The notes under the pieces are model-generated. The model was not told the origin of the DNA. It did no database searches and saw only the letters and a program-made list of their open reading frames with translations. DNA of 64,000 nt from Tricharina praecox (taxonomy: Eukaryota): positions 1 to 64,000 of the forward strand of contig NW_026250404.1 of NCBI RefSeq assembly GCF_024521635.1, written 5' to 3'. Shown in pieces: positions 57,833-64,000 of the stretch; the stretch's first letter is position 1; each line of letters opens with the position of its first letter. Both the position numbers and the translations under genes were made by a program.

Positions 57833-60558
57833 CGTTCGCCTTGTGCCACGCTGTTATGCGACCCGCTCGCCATGCCATTTACCTGCAGAAATACCTGGCT
57901 CCGTTCTCGGAGATGTTGCCGTGCAGTTACATAGCTCGCACACCCTTCTCGCTGCTGGGATCGTTGCTGGTACTCTCCAGATGTATGCCGATCGTCCGAG
58001 TGATACGCTGTGCAGCGCATGCATCACCGTCTCGAACGTGCGGGTTCTGGCGGAAAACGACGTCGTAGATGTCGGACTACTATTATAATATGGAGGGAAA
58101 GAACGAAACGATATTCGACCTCTCGCACCACTAGAGGACTCCGAACGGTGAAGCTCGTAATCCTCAGGCCCGTGGCGAGTTGGTTTGTGGTGCACGAGTG
58201 ACGAGGTCGCTGCCGGCTGTAAACTCGGTCGGACGGAAGTGTTTGCGGTTGTTGTCTTGTGGTTAATAGTTACTCCGAGTCTCCTGGCCATATCTACTTA
58301 GCTCTTTCTGAGGCGTACCACGGAATATCTACTCTACTGCACATCCATCATGGGGATTCTCGAAGAGGCAGTTTTGGACGCAGTATGTAGACTCGGTGAA
58401 GGCTCCGGGCTATGGATCACCAAGTTCCAACTCGCGGTCGCTCAGGGCAGGGGTGGGTTCCGTAATCGAGGCTAACTAGCTGGAGAATACATATTATAGA
58501 GATTTGTCTCACGATCGCGAGTTATCGCGGAGTCTTCTGCGGGCTGATATCTGTGATGTGGGTTCCCGGCTCAAGGCAGGGAGTCGTTCGCTCTCTCGCA
58601 GACTGACCAACTACAGAATCGCCAGTTTAGCTGGTTTCTTGGTGGTACTGTTACATACCGTTTACGGTGCATCCCACGGATGTGGGAGGCGGGTGCTGGT
58701 GATAGCCTTGCACCTCTCTGGGGGGCTGCGGTGAAGAGAACGGTTGGTTGCTGGGCGATGTAGTCACTGCGCCGGTCACCGTCATCCCAGAGGCACAGGG
58801 AAGCCGGAAGAACAGTTCAAGCTGCTAGTAACGATGAGCGGAGGCAGAACCACGGTTAGGGAGGGACATCACCTGTAAGTATAGATATAGCTCGGGAGCC
58901 TAGCGATGCTTTACGCATGTATGTACGTACATGTAGCGCATTCGCTTTCGCTGCGAGTCTGGATTGTCCTGGACCGTGTGACCCCATGTAGGGGCGACTT
59001 CCGTCGGTGCATGTCGCCTGGATCTCTCCAGGTCCCACAGCACCAGCTGGCAACTATGTATAATCGAAACGACACATGGGCTGGCAGGAAAGGGCTGTGT
59101 CGAGGTGGGGCACCCCGCCCAGGTGCTCCATCTCGCCATGTATAAGTCGTCGAGCAGACTACATACCCTGACCCGTGCGCTGAGAACACACACACAGATT
59201 CCAGGCTTCCCCGGTGATGGCGCTATGTGAGCAGCGTGGGTGGCGTGCATAGCTGGGTTCGTGTGGAGATGGACGTACGTGTACACGTGTATGCTTGAGT
59301 CTCTGTCAGTAAGGATGTCACCGCTGAAGTTCCCTGAAGACACAATGGCGTCTCGACCCAAAAAGAACATCTGTGGCAACCTGCCAGGAACATCCTGGAT
59401 GAAAGCGGGAGGCTTCCGTGGGCACCGGGTGTTCACCATGCAGTCAGACGTGGCGACAGCTGTAACTTCGCCTATTGTGCAGTGGATCCGTTGGGATTTT
59501 GCTTGAGCATTCATGCATGCCCTACTGGTAGGTAAGTAGGTGGGTACTTGGTCGAAACTTGGGAGTGACCGGCCGTGTCCCTGTCGGACGGAGGATGACA
59601 GTAGAGTATGCACCACGACCTCGGGGCAATCGAATTGTCCGGATAATCTCGGAGGAGAGATGCTGCAGAGCAAGTAAGAAGCCGGAGACTATATATGGAA
59701 GGAGGAGTGAAGTGGCATCGGTAGCCTGCGCCAATAGGTAGACCATGTCTATTGGTTCTCGGTTTCCGAGACGAAGGCTCCGAAAACGCAACTCAGGGGT
59801 GCGATCGGACATATTCCGAGGAGATAACACTCAAAACTGTGGCGTTCAGGGTCCGGGAGAAGTCTCGCTGGAGAATCTAGATTTGGCCGGTATTAGTGGA
59901 GAAGCGTGATGCTATGAAACACGTTGATCATGAGTGACCTCCGAGGAGGAAAAGCTCAAGACTATGGCGGCTAATGCCTGGAAAGCGCTTGCTGAAGAAT
60001 CTATGATTAGCCTATGACTTGAAGTAGGTAGTAGGTACATACTCCAGCAGCGCAATACGCACTGACAATCTGTGACCGAAGCTTTAGGTGAATAATATCA
60101 GATTGTAGTCTTAGGACTGGCACGCTCAATAATCCGGTGCCGTGATAGTGCTGATTAGGGAGGCAGCAGAATTACCCAAGATGTTCCATATCGACTGTTG
60201 AGAGCCGAGTGATGACAGCCAGGGGCTTCGAGCTACCCAACGTGGTACATACGCGGTTGCCGACAATCCATTTCGGGATCAAATCCAGCATGCCGAAGCC
60301 GTCCAACGCGGATGTAAATTCGTTTGACAACTGATTCCAGAAGCGTGTAGTGCACATCGGAACCTGGAGCTGCAAGATCAAGGTTGCACAAGGCTGCGGC
60401 GTTTGGTCTCTTTGCTTTTCCTGCGACTGAACTGTGAAAGCTCGTTTTGCGGACGGCTCTTTTGCCAACACCCCTCCAGGCCGGCTGCGGAGTCCAGAGG
60501 AGACTACACACAAAAGAAAGAGGGGCAGATGTTGACCGTCGACTATCTGTAGATGATG

Positions 60559-60590
<32 letters not shown>

Positions 60591-60738
60591 AGGCTTCACG
60601 CGTTCGCCCCCTCCCTGCTGGCTGCCCTTGCCATGATCCACACTAATTAGACTAGTAAACAATCGTGTGGCGACCACACGGTGTGTGGTCATTAGGCTAG
60701 CGCCACTTAATGTAAAGTCATAAGTACGTACGTTGCGG

Positions 60739-61164
60739 TTAGGGCGTATTTGTGGGAGACAAGATGGAGTTGCCTTCATTGTATCGTACTCCAGGTCTCC
60801 AGAAAGCAAACGCAATGACGGAGAGTGATTGACGGCAGGTTCTGCAATACGCGGTATCATCGCCAGAGTGAGCTGGAGCAGGTACAGTCGGTTCAATCTG
60901 TAGATCTAGCAGCATCGTAACTTCTGCGGCATCATTCGAAATACGATCTTGAAACAGAGGCTGAGTATCTGCTTGCACGCCTTGTAGTGTTCTGACTCTT
61001 CGTCGTTGCCGTGGCAGTCGTTGAACTTCCATCTAAAGAACAGTATTAGTCGTTATATTTTTACACTGTGCGGAGACTAAGAGCTAGAAACTGACGGGCT
61101 CCGTATCATGTTTAGCTGCATTTGCAGTCTGTTGAGCAGCCACTGCTATCCTGATAAATTCCAT
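60739..61164 (-). CDS. Candidate small spliced orphan ORF (~120 aa), function unknown
   Basis: Exons 61164-61096 and 61032-60739 join in frame across a 63-nt GTCAGT..CTAAT..TTTAG intron; CRTC motif; minus-strand TATAAA at 61451-61456; no recognised homology. Confidence 0.27.
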
Positions 61165-61213
61165 TCTATTAGAGTCCACGGCGATCTACAAATCTAGCAG
61201 TGTAACGGCAGCG

Positions 61214-61351
61214 CAGTCGCTCCGCAGTATCGTCGCTAAATCTCCTCCACGGCTCCGCTCCAAAATATTAGGACTGGACAGTCGCTCTGCGGTATCGTCG
61301 CTAAAGCTCCTCCACGGCTCTGCTCCAAAATATTAGGGCTGGGCAGTCGCT
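61214..61351. repeat. 65-bp imperfect tandem duplication
   Basis: CAGTCGCTC..GTATCGTCGCTAAA..CTCCTCCACGGCTC..GCTCCAAAATATTAGG occurs twice. Confidence 0.92.
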
Positions 61352-62633
61352 TCGCTCCAACATCCGACAGTCAAAAATTTAGGGTTTAGCCACGGAAATC
61401 GCCACCGTGAAACGCCACATCGGCCACCGCAAAATGACACACCACTGCCCTTTATAGGAATAGATTCGTTTCCTCTCGCCGACAGCTACTCCATCATTCC
61501 GCCACACCCACATTATTGGGAATGCTACCGCGGATTGCGAAAAACCATCGCATGTTCCCTGGCTGTCAAACGAAACCGCCTACCGAACCGTCGAAGCTGA
61601 GTCTCCCCTAGGCTACACATATACTTGAATGTATTTCCTTTCTTTATACACCGTAGGGTCGAAATTGAAGTACATGATCCATCCCAACCAGCAGGTTGGG
61701 AATCATTTGGATGGGGCGTAGACCACAACAGGCCGCAGTGCATCAACCAACATTCGACTGAACTGGGCTTATGCTTGGGATCTCGAGACTGGGGCGGAGA
61801 GACGGCAGCGGGAAACGGTGGCGATTTGATTCGACATTATACCTAGCTCGCTGAGACTTCGTTGGAAAGCAGGTTACTAACCTGCCGGCAAAAACCTCGG
61901 ATGCCGAGGAATCACCGTGCCGATATGCGGCGGGCCGTGATACCTACCTTTTGCGTGAAAGGCTCTCCAGCCACCCCCCGGACCGAGAAGTTCAAAAAAA
62001 ACCTCATCCCCTCGCATTGCAGCCAGGAGGATGATGTTTTTTATGAGGAAAACCCGCAGGAAAAAACCTCGACCGAGTAAGGGGCGTTATGTCAGTCCGC
62101 TGTGCTCTTGCCACGTTATGTGCCTGCTCTTTGCTCTTGCCACTGCTGTTGTGCTTTGCTCATGCCTGTGCTTGGAGAGAGAAGATGGGAGGATAGGGGG
62201 GTGAGGAGGTTTTATAGGTGTGATCGCCGCCGGATGGCTTCGAACGTGGGTCTTGCTTGTTGAAGGGTCATTCTGCTAGCTAGTGACGGCATCTCTCGAC
62301 CCTTTGAAGGATAACCCTAGGCCCCTTCATCTTCCGTACACATTCTACTTATCTTTCTTCCTTCTCTTCCTCTTCCTCTTCCTCTTCCTCTTCCTCTTCC
62401 TCTTCCTCTTCCTCACTACTGTCACCAACACCAACACCACTAGGTAATATTCTTTCTACAAAAAAAGGAACCATCCGACCAGCACCAGGACGCCACTCCC
62501 GGTACGGATCGAAAAGAAATACACCGAAAATCTTCCATACACGACATCTTGGTTCTCAATACCTTGACTGACAACGTGAGCTGATGCAACCGTGGGGACG
62601 GTTGTGGGGAATCTGGAGACCAACTGGACAACT

Positions 62634-62899
62634 CGGCGGATACTAATGGACTAGCAACAGCAGTAAGGGAATTTTGTGGGGAGGGAGTGCGGACGTAATG
62701 CAGGCTGCACAGAAGACCGACAATCGGGATCACGTACCCGCGAACACGGCGGATTAACCACGCGGCGGATACTAATGGACCAGCAGGATTCAGGGAACTT
62801 TGTGGGGAGGGAGTGCGGACGTAATTCAGGCTGCACAAAAGACCGACAATCGCGAACACGGCGGATTCACCACGCGGCGGATACTGGACCAGCAGCAAC
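62634..62899. repeat. ~110-130-bp imperfect tandem repeat (two copies plus a partial third)
   Basis: CGGCGGATACT.. starts at 62634, 62763 and 62875; shared block TTTGTGGGGAGGGAGTGCGGACGTAAT. Confidence 0.9.
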
Positions 62900-64000
62900 C
62901 CGACTAGGTATCCGGATACCACCAGGATTAATAGACGTATATCAAACATGCATCCTTCCACCACGCCTCTGTGTTCAATACTTTGGTTGTGGTGGAAGCG
63001 AGCGTATGCAGACATACCGGCATTCGGGGGATCGTATGTAGTAGTATGTAGGATCGTGGATAGAAACTATTCAGCCAATGGCTGATCATAAACCAAACAT
63101 TATACTCAGATCGCTCGGGTCATCATTTGCACCTAGAGTCTGCTATTACGGGCGACGGGCTCTGCTGCGCGGATTGGTGGTTTTTGTTTGTCCTGTCACG
63201 CGTGAGTACTCATATCTGTGGGGAACCGAAGCTGACTGGAGGCTGCAGCCTGTAGATGTCGTCTTTATGCGAGTGCCGTTTGGCGTGTACGGTGTCTTAC
63301 TATCTTACGCTGCTTGTACATACTACTATCGGCAGAATATTATGATTTGATGGTGCTTGTCTTTTTGGAATCGGATGACGTTAGGTCTACATACGGCGGG
63401 TTGCTGACTTGATACCCCTATCTAAGCTATGGCAGTATATCCATCGAGTCTTTTTTTTATCCATCGTATAGCATACAACCTCTTGGACCAAGCCAAGTAC
63501 ACTGACGGTTTCCTTGTCCACCGTCCAAACCTGACCGAAGTCGAGCGGCCCGTTGCAACCTCCCCTGCCCACCGCCCGGGCCTTCCTCGAAGATATGTAG
63601 AATGCACCAAGGAAATAAAGCTAGGAAAATAAAGTGTCCACTCCTCATTCCGCCTCGTACGCTTACTCGCAGAGTCCATGGCATCTTTCTGGAATGAAAA
63701 GTCAATATCCGAGTGATGTGTTATGATTATGTGTCCCCCGCCTCCCTCAAGTTCTAAGCCTTAAACACCGCCAAACGTCTATTGACTTCGTATTGTTAGA
63801 GGCATTTAGCTAGCAGCTCGCGAGTAGCAAAATCACACGTAACTACTGTGGCAAAAAATGGGGGTTTATCGGTATGGTAGCAGCACCGGTACAGGACGGT
63901 CATCAGATTAAAACTCGGTAACCAAAAAACGGCGACATCTTTACAGTAGGAACAGGAATAGAATATTCAAAGCAATGCCCAATGACATTTCGGTGCCTAA

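Noticed and set aside
61378..61389. TTTAGGGTTTAG telomere-like motif
   Set aside because: Fewer than two units; not an array.
62440..63705. ORFs at the right end as a host gene
   Set aside because: They overlap a tandem duplication, and I found no consistent frame, splice pattern or motif to support a gene.
29470..64000. tRNA or rRNA genes
   Set aside because: No cloverleaf or rRNA-like sequence was recognised by eye; a tRNAscan or Infernal run would be needed to exclude them formally.

Overview
Eukaryotic DNA, most likely from a filamentous ascomycete (short GT..CTGAC..AG intron, fungal-type chromoviruses). The window has two sharply separated halves. Bases 1-~29,470 are a densely nested pile of Ty3/Gypsy LTR retrotransposons. 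Family A (559-bp LTR, chromodomain integrase) has one apparently intact 6,192-bp copy at 3623-9814, two defective copies, a solo LTR and fragments. Family B (~690-bp LTR, long Gag) is present only as decayed pieces. A very small two-LTR non-coding element (TRIM-like, 409 bp, ~111-bp terminal repeats, 5-bp TSD) occurs once complete and twice as isolated repeats. In all three families the primer-binding position is complementary to the element's own LTR rather than recognisably to a tRNA (Tf1/sushi-type self-priming). Both coding families carry a -1 frameshift signal at the gag/pol junction. Bases ~29,470-64,000 contain no LTR elements and are microsatellite-rich, with only one recognisable gene: a TALE-class (Cup9/Tos8/TGIF-like) homeobox transcription factor on the minus strand, with more than 22 kb of apparently gene-free upstream DNA. 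That region also holds a hAT-type MITE, a probable second MITE and a weak candidate spliced orphan ORF near 61 kb. The best candidate for something undescribed is the fungal TRIM-like element, which shares its ends with family A. All calls were made by eye, without database searches.
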